Source: Chara braunii
Taxonomy: Eukaryota; Plantae; Charophyceae
Length of the DNA stretch: 64,000 nucleotides
Direction of reading: 5' to 3'
Assembly (NCBI GenBank): GCA_003427395.1
Contig: BFEA01000020.1
Span: 5,702,665-5,766,664 of the forward strand
Below, one piece after another: positions 35,571-49,000 of the stretch. The stretch's first letter is position 1, and every line of letters starts with the position of its first letter. The position numbers were made by a program, and so were the translations under genes. The notes below the pieces were generated by a model. It did no database searches and was not told the origin of the DNA. It saw only the letters and a list, made by a program, of their open reading frames with translations.

Positions 35571-37252
35571 GCCAGCTCTTAAGGATAAGGAAGCAAGAAA
35601 AAGAAAAAGAAGGAAAAAAAAAAGATAAGGAAGCGAGATGGATGGATGGATGGATGGATGGATGACAGACTGTCCGGCAGAAACAGTGACGGCATGAGGA
35701 TAGCATAGAAACATACACCCATAAATGACAATGCGATCTCGCGCGCACCCGAAAGCAATAACCACGCGATCCTTGCAAAGCTAAATTGTGGAGAGATCGG
35801 CACCGGTTCCTTGAAAAATTTATGAATGCCAACTCAGATTCAAACAGTCTCACTCCGGTGTCATAACCATCTGAGAGCTAAAAATAGCCAAAAGGTGGAA
35901 AAAGTGCAGATATCACCAACAGTCCTCCTTGGCAAAGGACGTATCTGTCAAAATTGGAACGGACATCTGTTAAAAGTGGAACGATAAGGAGAAGATTGAT
36001 CAGCATGGCCCGTGCCTTATCAAGGAGGATGACACGCATAAATTGAGAGAATTGGTCCAAAAAGAAAAAGAAAAAAAAATGGACAGATCGCTGTCATCAT
36101 CCGTGCGATTGGAAGCTTGGGTGGACTAGAGAGGAGTAGTGAAAGGTGTGAATTTTAATGTGAAGTGACTGCTAGCCTTCCTCGAAAGTATTCTGTTCTT
36201 TCCTTTCCTTCCCTTTCTTTCCTTCCTTTTCCTTTTCCTTTTCCTTTCCATTTCCATTTCCATTTCCATTTCTCTTTCTCTTTCTCTTTCCTTTCCTTTT
36301 CTTTCTCCCCCTCCCCTCTCTCCCCCGCTTTTCTTTTTTTACAAATTTGGAACATTTCTCGATTTATGTGTGTCATTCTTGCCTACAGGGGCCATACTAA
36401 TCTTCTCTGTATTGTTCCAATTTTGATGGATGTCCCCAAGGACTTCCCTGCCCTTTCCTTTGTTCACCTTTGAAATCTTTCTTTTCCTTTTCTTTGCTTG
36501 CCCGTCTGTTGTCCTCTCCTTTCCTTGCCTTCCCTTTTCTTCCCACATTCTGTTCACTCAATCTTCTTTTTCTCTTTTAAGTCTTCTTTACTCTCCTCTC
36601 CTCTTCGCCTCTCTCCTATCCTTTCCTTGCTTTGCTTTGCATTGACTAGCCAATTCATATCTCTTCTCCCTTCTTTTTTAAATCTCTCCTAAGGGAAGGA
36701 AGGAAGGAAGGAAGGAAGGAAGGACCAGGTGGCACTGCTGCATAAGGTAATTGAAACAAAGATATCGATTTTGGAATGAAGTGATTGCTGGCTCTTGAAG
36801 AAATAATTCTGTGTCCACCTCCCCTTTCTCTTGTCTCTCTTTCTATTCTCTTTCCTTTTGCTTCTATTTCCTTTCCTTGCCTTGCCTTGCCTAAACAATC
36901 TTTCTTGTCTTCTTTTTTTTTTTTTCCCTGTTCTTTACTCTCCTAGGGGAAGGAGGGGATGCTCCATCAGCTCATGAACGGCGAAGGAATTTGGAGATGA
37001 AGTTTTCAACACTGTGTTGACTTTGAAAAGTTTCTTTCTAACTTTCTTTTCTTTCCTTTCCTTTCCTTCCTTTCCTTTGCAGGATATGTAGCTCCCCACG
37101 AATAGATTGGAGCATTTCATAAAAAAAAAAAAAAAAAAGAGGATAAAGAGTCATTAAAGACATTTAAGTATGAGACTGATATTTGGGTTGTCGTTCTTGA
37201 ATCTCACTCATATTTCTTTTCTCTTACCCTGCGTACGGTCTGTGGAAGTCAC

Positions 37253-37254
<2 letters not shown>

Positions 37255-37322
<68 letters not shown>

Positions 37323-37333
37323 NGGATGATCCC

Positions 37334-37407
<74 letters not shown>
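37255..37407. repeat. (CT)n microsatellites
   Basis: Seen directly; split by a single N. Confidence 0.95.
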
Positions 37408-37410
<3 letters not shown>

Positions 37411-39049
37411 CCCCCCCCTCCCCTAGGGGAAGGAGGGGATGCTCCATCAGGTCATGAAAGGCAAAGGAGTTTGGAGATGAAGCTTTCATCACTGTTTGCC
37501 TTTGAAATGTTTCTTTTTAACTTTCTTTCCTTGCCTTTGCTTCTCCCCTTGCCGTTCTGTTTTCCTTTGCTTTGCTTTCCTTTGCTTTGCTTTTCTTTCC
37601 TTCTCATTCTGTTCACCAAGTCCTCCTTTTCTCTTTTTTGTTCTCCTCTCCTTTTCACCTCTCTCCTCTCCTTTTCCCCTCTCTCCTCTCCTCTACTCTT
37701 ATCTTTGTTCTGGGGTCCCTCTAAGACTTCTCTTCATTCTGCCTCCATGCTACTGCCTTTATTTATATAATATAAATTATATAATATATATGAAGAACAC
37801 TACCCACTTATGAAGTTAAAAAAAACCTGAATTTATTGCTGAGGGGATCATGAGGAAATCCTGCGGTGAGTACTGTGGTTTTCAAAAAGAATGGAAAAAA
37901 AAAAAAAAAACTAGGTAAATTAAGATATCCCCGATCCGGACTTCGTAGCGAAGAGGGCGAGCGCTGGCCGACACCACGCTACGGGTTGACGTGGCCATTT
38001 TTGACCAGGCGAGGGGGTAATAACTTGGGGGACGGACCCCCTCGTTTCTGTGTACACCACCATAGCTGCTGCCAAGTGAATGGCGCCGCAGAAGCTGTTA
38101 GTGTCGGGCTGAGCCTGGCACTGATGGTGGGCAGCGGAGTGTGCTTGCCTGGAACGTAATGGCGGACATGATGGAACTGAGACAGGATGCGGAAATACCT
38201 TGTGAGGGAGAGAGCGAATAGGAAAACGACAGTGTGTGTGGAAAGCAAAAGGGGGGGAACGATGGTTTTCTTGGAATTGCGTTCGGCGTACGCGCACCTC
38301 GACGCGGGAGCGATAGGAGAGTGACGACAGGAAAGAGGGGAAAGGGTGAGAGTGAGGGGAGAGTGGCAGTCAGGGTGAAGCAGGATGTGGGAGTGACGAG
38401 GACACGGACTGGAAGTTGTCAAGAAAAGAAATGACACGGCCGAACGTGAACTGAACGTGAACAGAGAGTGACAATGACGAACCACCGCACATGCACTCCA
38501 AGGGTCAGATCGGAAAGAGAGCTGGGAAGAGAGGAGAGAGGGGAGGGAGAACATGAGAGAGAGGGGAAGAGAGTAGGAAGGAAAAGAAAGGGGAAGGGAG
38601 GGTGACAGCGGGAGGGAGAGAGGAAGGAAAAAAGGAAAAAGAAGGAGAATGAGTGAGGAGAGGGAGTATTAGCGAGGAAGGGTGGGAGGGGAGAGAGTTA
38701 GTATGGGTGAGGCAGGGCACGGGAGTGATGAGGACACAGACTGGAAGTTGCCAAGACAAGGGATGACACGGCTGGAGGTGGAGATTGATGACGGGAGAAG
38801 GGGTGAGGGGAGGGGAACGAGGTGGGGGGAGGAGGGGGGATGGGCAGGCGGAGAGGAGAGCAGATGCGGAGATGAAGGAGGCAGGGGAGATAGGGGAAGT
38901 CCTCACGGAGGAGGAAACAAGGGAACGGAGGAAAACGCGGAGACCGGAAGACCGGGAAGAGACAAAGGAAACAAAGGACCCCCCCCCTCCTCGGTCAGCA
39001 GGGTGAAAAACACGATGATGGAGAAGGCGTTGTGAGTCAAAAGGAGAAC

Positions 39050-39720
39050 GGAGGAGGGACAGACCAGCGAAATTCAGATCCCACTGCGGAACCTCCCCCC
39101 CGCTCGTGCCTACTTCCTTACCCTCTTCATGCAACCTGCAGAAAAGTGTGTGATCGATCAAGGGGGCAGGAGATTGCTGGCCAGAGTTTACCCCCAGGAC
39201 AGACTGGAAGAGAGGGAAGGGGTGTACATGAAACACGAGAGTAATTGGGTTTTTCATAACAATGCTGCTTACATGTCCACAAAGGACAGGATAAAATGGA
39301 TATGTAAACAATTTGAAAGGATGAAAGGGTACCCAGAGGTTGTACAAGAGTTCTTCCTGATACAACCCATCTCCTCGACAATCTACATAATACTGAGTAT
39401 GTTTGAACAAGACAAGAAATGCATGGACGCGTGGAAGAGATTGAGGTGTGGTAGATAAGAAGTCCGTATCTACCCATGGCTCCCCAGAAAACTAACCCAG
39501 AGCAGATGACCCGGGAGCACGTCTGGATACATCCCGACAGAGGTGCAGGCAACCTTTATACACGAATTTGGTCAACAGTACAATCTAATTGACTTCATTG
39601 AACCCCTCCCCGCGTATGTGGCAAAATGCGACGACTATGTCATGCCGGCCCTGGACCTCCCACCTGGCCAGCCGTTCTCATTGGACGATATTATCCTATA
39701 CACGGTGAAAGGCAAGGCGT
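39050..39720 (+). pseudogene. LINE ORF1-like fragment
   Basis: KHESNWVF...RIKWICKQF...QPISSTIYII resembles KHAVLFTF...KLKWMWKKL...HPRTRNVIMV in the ORF1 at 60130-60430. A GA-rich leader (38200-39030) precedes it. Confidence 0.55.
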
Positions 39721-39833
39721 TGGCCTGAAACGGAAGGGCAGCCGCCGATAAATCGAATTGCCAGCCAGTCTTGATTTTCGGGTCGGCGCCCAGGGCCCGC
39801 GGCCGACATATGGGAAAGGTAGTGGTGGTTTAA

Positions 39834-40130
39834 ATGACCTGCGAGAAATCAAAAAGACCATAGATGCCTTTAGCAAGGAATGGCTGGGGAATGAGCAAGG
39901 AGGGTGGATAGCATCAGTGAACTGAACTGGGAGGGTATAAAAGGAGGGAATCAGCAGGCAGCAGCCAAGGGGGATAAGGAGAAAGTACAGAGGGACTATA
40001 CTAGGTTGGAGTTCAACAATTGGATGGACCTAGACCTGACAGCACCCCTCCACGCCCCCTTCAGACTTCCCTGATCCCTTCTCCCCGAATGTTTTACCAA
40101 TAGTCGAGAATGCATGGTATGGCCGCCAAA
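39834..40130 (+). pseudogene. LINE ORF2 extreme C-terminus
   Basis: EIKKTIDAFSKEWLG...GWIASV...RLEFNNW matches the ends of the other ORF2 copies. Confidence 0.75.
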
Positions 40131-40866
40131 GGTGGGCCAAGGCTTGGTTGCAGCAGGAGCCGAGAGCTTAGACCGCCAGTACACAGCCCCAGCCTTGCTG
40201 AAAAGAAAACTCGTCACCTACGGAGTATTTGGAGGCCCAGCGCCGTAGATAAATCAAATCAGCGGCGGGCGGCCTCTGAAAAGGGCCGGCGGCAACTCCT
40301 GGATTTTTCAAGATTTCTCCAGCGCAATGAGTGCATAGCTGTTTTTCCTCCTCTCTACTCCTTCACCCCAGCCTCTACCTGTCCAAGTTTTTTTTTTTTT
40401 AACACAACTGAAATCATTAGGAATGGTGATAAGAGTAGCTATTCCTAACCACCCAATTGAGACTCCGGTCTATTGGTGGGGAGTATCACCTGCTGAAAAC
40501 CGGGTTCAGCGTCCCTTATATAAAAAAAAATGTCCAGTGTTACAGCTTGATAAGAGTCAAAAAGGATCAAAACCACCTCTTCAGTCCTGATCAGACCGCC
40601 ATATAGAACATGCACCTCTAGCAGTTCTAATCCTCCTAATGATGATTAATCATTCTTCATTATCTCACCCCCNNNNNNNNNNNNNNNNNNNNNNNNNNNN
40701 NNNNNNNNNNNNNNNNNNNNNNNNNNNNNNNNNNNNNNNNNNNNNNNNNNNNNNNNNNNNNNNNNNNNNNNNNNNNNNNNNNNNNNNNNNNNNNNNNNNN
40801 NNNNNNNNNNNNNNNNNNNNNNNNNNNNNNNNNNNNNNNNNNNNNNNNNNNNNNNNNNNNNNNNNN

Positions 40867-42880
40867 AACTCTTCTTGAGAGGCATCCCAGACTCATTCTC
40901 ATCAGGCCATACCACATGTCCAATTCCTTGCTCCTGAGAACCCCCTAGCCAGTACATTGTGAATTTGAGAATAGATTTTTGGATGTCTTTCTTCTGAGTT
41001 ATTTAATTTAACTTTAAGATTAGCCCATTGAGCCCGAATTTATGTTTCCACAAATTGTTTGATATTCTGCGAACATTCCCTCCCTTCCATACTTACCTCC
41101 TCCATTACATATACACACCTCCTTTGCCATATGGCCCATATGATAACTTTCCTACCAAGGCAAAAAAAGATTTGACTGAAAGGTGGAGAGGGACAAATCA
41201 CGCGGATTCCATTGCCCTAGTAAAAAGGCTCTCCAATCCCAAGGTCACTCAAGCCCCGTTAGTCTTCGCCAAATACAGTCCCAACGTCGCCACATAAGGA
41301 TGGACCCTGGATACTGAGTAAAAATGTGTTTAATCGTTTCTCTATATTTACGTGAGGGAAATGTCATGTGACAAGATCGGCACCATGGTAATGCCAAGCC
41401 CCTCTGTTTCAGTGTTGAGTGATCTATCAACCAGTCATTGGTAGACAAACATCTATGCATAATCTGCCATTGGAGTGAAGCAAATTTGGCTGGCCTTTCC
41501 TAAGTGGATTGGAACCATCGTACAGATCTAAATTGATCTATGTTAATGTTGAGATGTTTTACCCATCTGTCTTGTACAATCGTTGGAGCATCGACTTTGG
41601 GTCTCAACATCCAATAGGCTGCCTTGACAGTCAGAGATTGAAGCGTTCTGGGCCTATCTCTCTTTGAAACCTTCCATGTCCATTCCTCAGGGTCAAGAGA
41701 AAGTTCTGCTATTGGGATTTCTGGGTAGTAGGCTCGCCATCGAGCAAGTTTTGTGTGGCTAGGTATTGTGTGAAGTAGGACCCTAATCCTGTATAACATT
41801 TTGTTGGGCACCCACTCCACTATGTCTGGATCATACCAAAAAATCCTGTTGTAAACGAAAAATATTTACCATTGCTCTATCCTGATATTGGCAAACAACC
41901 TGGCCTATTATCCATACATTGTCTGAATCATATCCTGCCACCCAATTTGAATCCTGCAGGCAGTATCATTTTCTTAGCATTTTTACCCTGGCCAGAGGAA
42001 TGGAGAAAATTATTTGGTCCAACATTTTAGGTAGGTGGTGAGCCTATTTGAGAGTGAATCTAAGTTGCTCTACAGACTTCCATTTTTTTACCGATGGATC
42101 CCATATATCCTTGATCCTCAGGATTCCCCTTTTAACCCAGGTCGACCATGGAGGTGAAGAACTATTGTAAACACACCCATTGCTGTCTGTGATCCATCTA
42201 TTGCCAAAAAGAGGTTGTCTTAACACTTCTTCATATCTTGATGGGAATGATCTGTTTGGGAGTGGAAGTTGTCTCCAGGTTTTGATAAGAGAACCCCAAA
42301 AGTTATCCTGACAGCTTGCTTCCCCCCCCATCCCTTCTTCATGTGTATGTAGGTTTCCTCTTGGAATGGACCAATAACGATTTTTTACCCATGTGAGTGG
42401 ATGTATCTCTTCAATTGTGGATGGCGTCAAACGCCGAATTTGCTCTAGGGCCATTGGTAGCCAGGGAACCTCTGGTGAAAATATCATTGATTTAATCCAT
42501 TGAAGGGACAATGTCTGACATTGTAAAGATGGATCTAAAATTCCTAATCCCCCTTTCGATTTAGGTTGGATAAGCGTAAGCCATGCTACCCTTGGAATTA
42601 CTCTTTGAGTTTCATTATTTCCCCTCCAGAGAAAGGATATCAATAACTTTTTCAATGCATTTGTTGTTGTCTTGGAGAGTAACCAGACTGCATAGTACTT
42701 GTACCAAATGGATGCTAGTATTACATTATTGATGATTAAGGCTTTTCCAAATAAAGAAGTATGTTGATTTTTCCATTGGGACATTTTTCCTAGCGCAGGT
42801 TTTGTTATCCAATCATCATTTGTAGTGAGTCTCCCTAGAGCAGTAAGAGAAACACCCAAGACCCGAATAGGGATCATTCT
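40867..42880 (-). mobile_element. Decayed LINE ORF2 (post-RT region to zf-RVT)
   Basis: PIRVLGV...SLFGKALIINNVILASIWY...PKSKGGLGILD...LPWCRSC...ETIKHIFTQ. Confidence 0.92.
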
Positions 42881-43109
42881 GTGTGACTGTGGAAAATATA
42901 TTGCATGCCCAACTCAGGGCTTACTTAAATAAGCATCTGACTGCAATTATGGGCAGACCTGGATGAACTCGACTGCAATCACGTCTAGCACTGAGTCAAA
43001 AAGGTCCTAGTGCAAGCATCCCCAGCTCAGATGGCACACTATTCTTTGAAATTCGCCTTTTACTGAAGAAAATACTGTTGACCAAAAAAAAAAAAAAAAA
43101 AAAAAGCGT

Positions 43110-43246
43110 TGTGTACGGAGATGGACCTGTTTTCCAGCAGGTGATGCTCCCCACCAATAGATGGAGCCTCTCCCCAGGTGCTAGTGGTATCTGCTCTTAT
43201 CAACACCACTAACACTGGTGGGGCATGTTTAAAAAAAAAAAAAAAA
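43110..43246 (+). mobile_element. LINE 3' tail with poly(A)
   Basis: ccagcaggtgatgctccccaccaatagatggagcc...gctcttatcaacacc, then an A-run. Confidence 0.85.
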
Positions 43247-45221
43247 TGGTGTCCATTTTCTTGTGGTACCAATTACAGACGGGGGCGAAGCTCTGCCTGC
43301 AGTGACAGGCCGGAAACCTACAGGCTCTCAGAACAATTGTGGTTTGCAAGCCTTGGGCATTGGGTCCCTCACGACGAATGTTGGAAAAAAAAAACAAAAA
43401 AAAAACTCGGGTTGATCATGCGTAAGCAGCTGATACCTTACGAAACTGATCGGGGGCTTGCTCTCCGGTCTATGATATGGAGATGTCGTGGGGATACTGC
43501 GTTCCTCAGTTGGGCGCGGCCCGCGGTGGATTTGGCTTATCTGCTCAGTGGGCAACGACCGATACGGAGTCTCTGCAGGGTTCTCCAACTTCTCCTGGTT
43601 CTGGGTGGCCTGGAGCAGCCTGGAGCACATGTGGTCAGGCTCGTCTTTTCAACCCGGCGAAGTGTAGGAGCAAATTGGTTTGTATGGACCTATTTGCATC
43701 GTTTGGCTCGTCGCTTTGGACGAGAGTTTCTCTGTTATTGTGATTGAATTGCTTTTGGGTATTGAATGGGTATTCGTATTGGTATGGTTAGTTCCTTTTC
43801 GAAAACTGCTGATAATAGATGATTTGTACATGATAGAGGATTAATGGTTTTGTTTTATTTTAGTTGGAACTTCTCTGAATCCTCGTTTATTTAGGCGAGA
43901 CAGGGGAATGATAGATAGAGGGCGGGAAGGGAAGGGGTAAACGATAGATAGGTTTTGGAAATTGTTGTTAGATGAAGGGGCGATGGTCTGTGTTTTGGAC
44001 TACTGTTTAATCAATTTTACTAATTCTTGATTCTTCTTTAAGTATTAGGGTTAGAGCTTACAATTTTTTGACGGTGGTTTGTTTTTTTTTCGTAGGTGGA
44101 TGTCCAGAATTAGGGTTTGTGGTGACTAGTGATCGTGTTTTCGGGTTTGACCCGTGATGTCTCACCCGCAAACAGGACCGCCTTCGTTTTGTAAGGGACG
44201 CCAGACCCATTTTCTGGCTTTTCGTAATAAATGATTCTTCGGGGGAAAAAAAAAAACAATTTAGACAATTCTTGATTTTTATTTTCTTAGCCATTTTTTT
44301 TCAAGGCTGTGATTGCAAAACAACTCAAAAAAAATGATTTTCAATTTTCTGACTGTACAAATTGTATTATTGTACTTCTTTGTTCTTATTGCTCCTCTTC
44401 GATTCCTCCGAATTTTCTGTTTTCTTCTTTGAAGTAATTGAACTAACAGGTAGATTGGGCATCGGGATATAGGGGTGAGGCAGGTAGGGTTGGGTTGCCG
44501 AAAGGCTCGAAAGTAGGAGGTTCCTTCGTTCTGAATGCTCCTTTGATCTGAGTTTTGGAGGCTACAAGAATTTTTTAGTGCTCTAGGCCCACAACCCAAA
44601 AAATCTGTTTGAGGATGTTTTCGGCCTTGAGCCAATGGGAATTGAAACCGTTCCTGGAGTTCCCCCTCCACCAAATGTGGGTACGGCAGAGGCCCAGGAA
44701 CCGGAAGCCACCCAGACTGCACACGCAGTAGCAACAGAGGCAGGGGAAAACAACAATACACGTGGGGTGACCCTGCACGAAGTAGCGGAATGGTTGATGG
44801 ACAACCTCCGCCTGAAATATGGAAACGTAAACGAGGAATTCTGGGATGAGGTTTATAGAGATCTGGTGCCCCTGCTGGAAAGTAGCACAAGTTTACATAA
44901 AGCTTTGACTCAGGGCTTGCCGGAGGGGGTATGTTGGTCGGATATCTGTCACAAACTGTTACACATCGTACTCACTCGTTTCCACCCCCCAATTCCTGAA
45001 CAGGCCCCTGGGAGAAAGGACGTCCACACAGATATATGTCAAAAAGACGTTCAGACAGATACCCGCCTAAGATCCTCACAGCCCAGCAATGGCACAACTG
45101 AGGAGAGAGTAGAAACAGATAGGCACAACCACACAACTATTGAAGAACGAACGGACCAGCCAGGTACACCAGACGGCCAAGACGAGGAACAACAACAAAG
45201 AGACGAAAAAGAGAAACAGAG

Positions 45222-45732
45222 CTGTGAAACCGCGCGTTCATTGAATACGGGTTTTCCGTTCAGAAATTGAATGGAATGCACACGTGTTCAATGAACGGGA
45301 CCGGACGCGGAGTTCAATTCCGCGCGGGGAAAAAAGAAAAAAAAAAATCCTCAAAAAATTCCGAAAAAAAAAAATGTTATGAAGAAAAATAAAATAAACA
45401 ACATTTGCCTGAGCATTACATCTAAATTCGTTACCAAATTGGAATACAAAATAGAAAACAGAAAATAAAAAAAAGTAAAAAATGAATTGAAATTAGTGAG
45501 CGAACACGATTTGACACCGCCATCTTTGGCGATTTTTCATTTTTTTTTGCCTTAGAAAATAACTCCAAAATTGAGAGGCATGTATCTCACATCATACAGA
45601 ACTTATAATAAAAAAAACAGAAAAAAAAAGTTATTTTTAGGCATTAAAATGATTTAAAAAAAAAAATAAAAAAAATAAAAAAATAATTGAACGCCGTGAA
45701 CGAGCGTTCACGGCGTTCAAACGGTTACACAG
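45222..45732. mobile_element. hAT-like non-autonomous element
   Basis: TIR ctgtgaaaccg/cggttacacag with 8-bp TSD aaacagag (45214-45221 and 45733-45740). Removing it rejoins the host ORF (EKQS|MGLE). Confidence 0.9.
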
Positions 45733-46516
45733 AAACAGAGTATGGGACTAGAGAAGGAAAAAACGCAGGGTAGACAGTTAGACGAGACAAAAAGAACGGT
45801 TGAAGAAAGGGAGACAGAAAGAACGGTTGAAGAAAGGGAGACCAGCCAGAACCAGGACCCAGCCCCTCGAACTAGGGACGCGGACTCACCAGAAGAACTA
45901 TGTCTGGCGCTGGCGGCCTGGGATCCAGCGGCACCAAGGCTCCAGCCTGTCTCCCATGAGCCCCCTCCCCCACCAAAACCTCCGGAGGCTTCCCTCACCA
46001 GCAGAAGACAAAAATCCGCCAGTTGCTAGAGAAACCCCCTCGTGGCACCCTCAAATAAGGGCATAGCTTTCCTTCCAGTAAGGCAAAAAGATGGGGCATG
46101 GGAAGTGGGACTGTCGGTACCTCCAGAAGCGGCGCACGGGGAAGTTTTCCTCCAAGGGCGTTCATCTTTCTTCCTCTCAGTAACGTCCTGGGCCGACAGC
46201 CCGGTCCTTCGAAAGCAGGAGATTTCCCAATTGATCCAGGGCCATCTCCCAGGAGGAGCCTCCTCCGCCCTGGTGATCTCTCATGGGCACGACTGATTGG
46301 AACCAAGGACATCTACTTGCGCTATGACCACTCGAGAACGGAAGAGCTGCACTGGTTGGATAGTGAGGCCCTGCTGGATCTGCAGATCCTAAAGATCAAA
46401 CCCAGCAACCTCTGCTCAACAACGGAGATTGAGGCTTTCTTGGTTCTTGGTGAAACTACTCAGGAAGGACATACTACAAAAAGACAGCATCTTGGACACC
46501 GAGGAGTGGCTCACAC

Positions 46517-46547
<31 letters not shown>

Positions 46548-46659
46548 CATCAAACTCTTGCGAGACAAAAAGATATACAAGACAACTGGTTAACAAAAGG
46601 ATGAATGTAGTAGACGCGCTATACGGCAAGGATAAAACCTGGAAACTTTGTAAACGGCA

Positions 46660-47380
46660 AGCGGACCTCGACCTGCGCTCACTCAATGTAAACGGACTTG
46701 CCTCAACAAAGTTCCCCAAAAGACTAGCAATTTTTGACCAGTTAAAAGGAGTAGAAGGGAGAGACTGGCTGCATGTCGTATGCCTGCAAGAAACTCTCCT
46801 CATGAACAATCCAGAACACAATCATATACACAAAGAGATTTGGCCACATCAGGCGTAACTGGTGGAGTCGCCATATGGCTCCCGCCCGGATCAAAAGTGG
46901 AGATGCTCAACTGGGCGGCAGACCAGGAAGAAGGCAGATGGTCTATTTACTGGCAATTGAGTCTTTAAAGGACAAACTACCGGTTGGCATCCCCACGATT
47001 TGGTGGGGGACTTCAATGCGGCTCCGGACCGCTGGCTGGATAGATGGAAAACCCCATCACCCTGCCCAAGTTACATGGAAAATGACGAGAGAATACTCGC
47101 GGAACTTTCACAATCTCTCAACCTCTTCTATACCTTTCGAAGGAGCTACCCCAATGCGCGCCGTTTCACGTGTTATCGCAAGAACACCACAGAGAGAGCA
47201 TCGAAGTCACGCATAGATTTAATCTTAATTTCAGAAGAATTACAAGGGGCCCTTCAAATGTCAGAGATATTCCCCAGCAGCCCCCACCCGGGTCTGGACC
47301 ATGCGCTGTGTCTCGCCACCTTCTCGTTCAGGAAAAAACCTGATCAAGGGAGGGGCTTTTACAAGCTCAATACATCCCTC
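46660..47380 (+). pseudogene. LINE APE-type endonuclease domain
   Basis: SLNVNGL, CLQET, GDFNA, SRIDLILIS and LDH motifs. Confidence 0.95.
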
Positions 47381-47859
47381 TTATCCAACGATCGCTTCAT
47401 TATCTACCTTAAGGATGTGTGGTCCTTCTGGAAGGAACAGAGAGGTCAGATCAACGACGATATATTGTGGTTCAACAACGGTCTTGCTTTTTTGGGCCGC
47501 AAGTGCAACGAGTACTCAAAGCTACTCGCGGTGGGCCGTCATGCCGAGGAGGTAAAGCTACAACATCAACTACAACAACTACAATCACAGGAAGATGAAA
47601 CCGACGACCTTGAACAACAAGTGGAGATAGCTAAGACCATCCAGACTCTAGAAGACCAACTCATGAATCACATGGAACACAGGTGGCAAAGAGTCAGGAT
47701 CCGGGGTAAACTTTCTAAACATAATATGGAAGGAGCAATGAATGCAAAATTCTTTGCAATGGCCAAGGCCAAGACAGGGAGGTCAATAATTGAGGCCTTG
47801 GAAGACCCAAAATGCCACCAAGGGCCCCTCCACACATCTACCGCCGTTTGCGCGAAGAT

Positions 47860-49000
47860 AGCGAGAAATTTTTATCAAACATTATTCACTTCAGGATGAC
47901 AGGACCAAGATAGAGCAGAACGAGCCGGGGAGATGGATGTATTCTTGCGTCCATTAAATAAAACCCTCTCAGAACAACAGAAGGAAGCCCTCGACATGCC
48001 CATATCAAAGGAGGAGATATGGACGACACTGAAACAAATGGAAGGAGGAAAAAACTCTAGGCCTAGATGGGTTTCCTAAAGAATTTTGGGAGGCCATGTG
48101 GGGGAGTATCTCACAAGACCTCATGGATAATTACCATGCGGTGTGGAGGACGGGACAAACAGGCGAATTAGTGGGGCAGGGAGTGTTGACGCTCCTCTAC
48201 AAGAAGGGGGCAAGAACCAATATCAGGAACTACAGAGGGCTCACAATGGTCTACAAGCTGGTAGCGAAAGCGCTAGCTAACCGTATGACACCAATAATGG
48301 CGGACATCATCCACCCGGACCAAACTGGTTTTATCCAGGGCGGAAATATTCAAGATAACATCCTCCTCGTTAATGAGATGATTAAACTAACAAGGCAGTC
48401 CAAAAACAATGCAGCAATCATCTTTATTGACTTCGAGAAAGCATACGACCATGTAGATTGGTTCTTTCTTGACAAGTGCCTGGAAAAACTTAATTTTGGG
48501 ATATACTTCAAACGCTGGATTGAGATTCTCCACGCAAATGGGACGACCAGGGTCATGGTGAACGGCAATTTACCCCCCCCTATATGCCTCCAGAGATCAG
48601 TCAGACAAGGAGACCCTATAGCTCCTTATCTCTTCGTCATAGTCATGGAGGCACTAGCTGCCAACTTAAGGACCCACAAAGACATCCAAAGAATTCAAGT
48701 TGTAGCAATACCCAAAGAGGTAATCCCCGTGTGCTCCTTGTTTGCTGATGACCTGACACTGATGGTGGACGCATCAAGAGAGTCAATGGAAGAGGTACAA
48801 TACATGATGAATCGCTTCTGTAAACTATTAGATATGACAGTCAAATGAGGAAACAAAACTTTGGGATGGTGGATACCCCACCAAGGAGGGAGACCCCCCG
48901 AACAACCCAGAATCAATTGACTCCCCAAGGAAGCCCCCATCAGAGTGTTGGGTATCTCCATGACAGCAGAGGGCAGACCGCCAACAAACAATGATTGAAT
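47860..49000 (+). pseudogene. LINE reverse transcriptase domain (stops and frameshifts)
   Basis: NYRGLT, QTGFIQG, DFEKAYD, RQGDPIAPYLF and FADD motifs. Confidence 0.96.

Noticed and set aside
44276-44292. Candidate TSD for the 44-51.5 kb LINE (tttattttcttagcc versus 51506-51521)
   Set aside because: Low-complexity and imperfect, so not reliable for fixing the 5' end.
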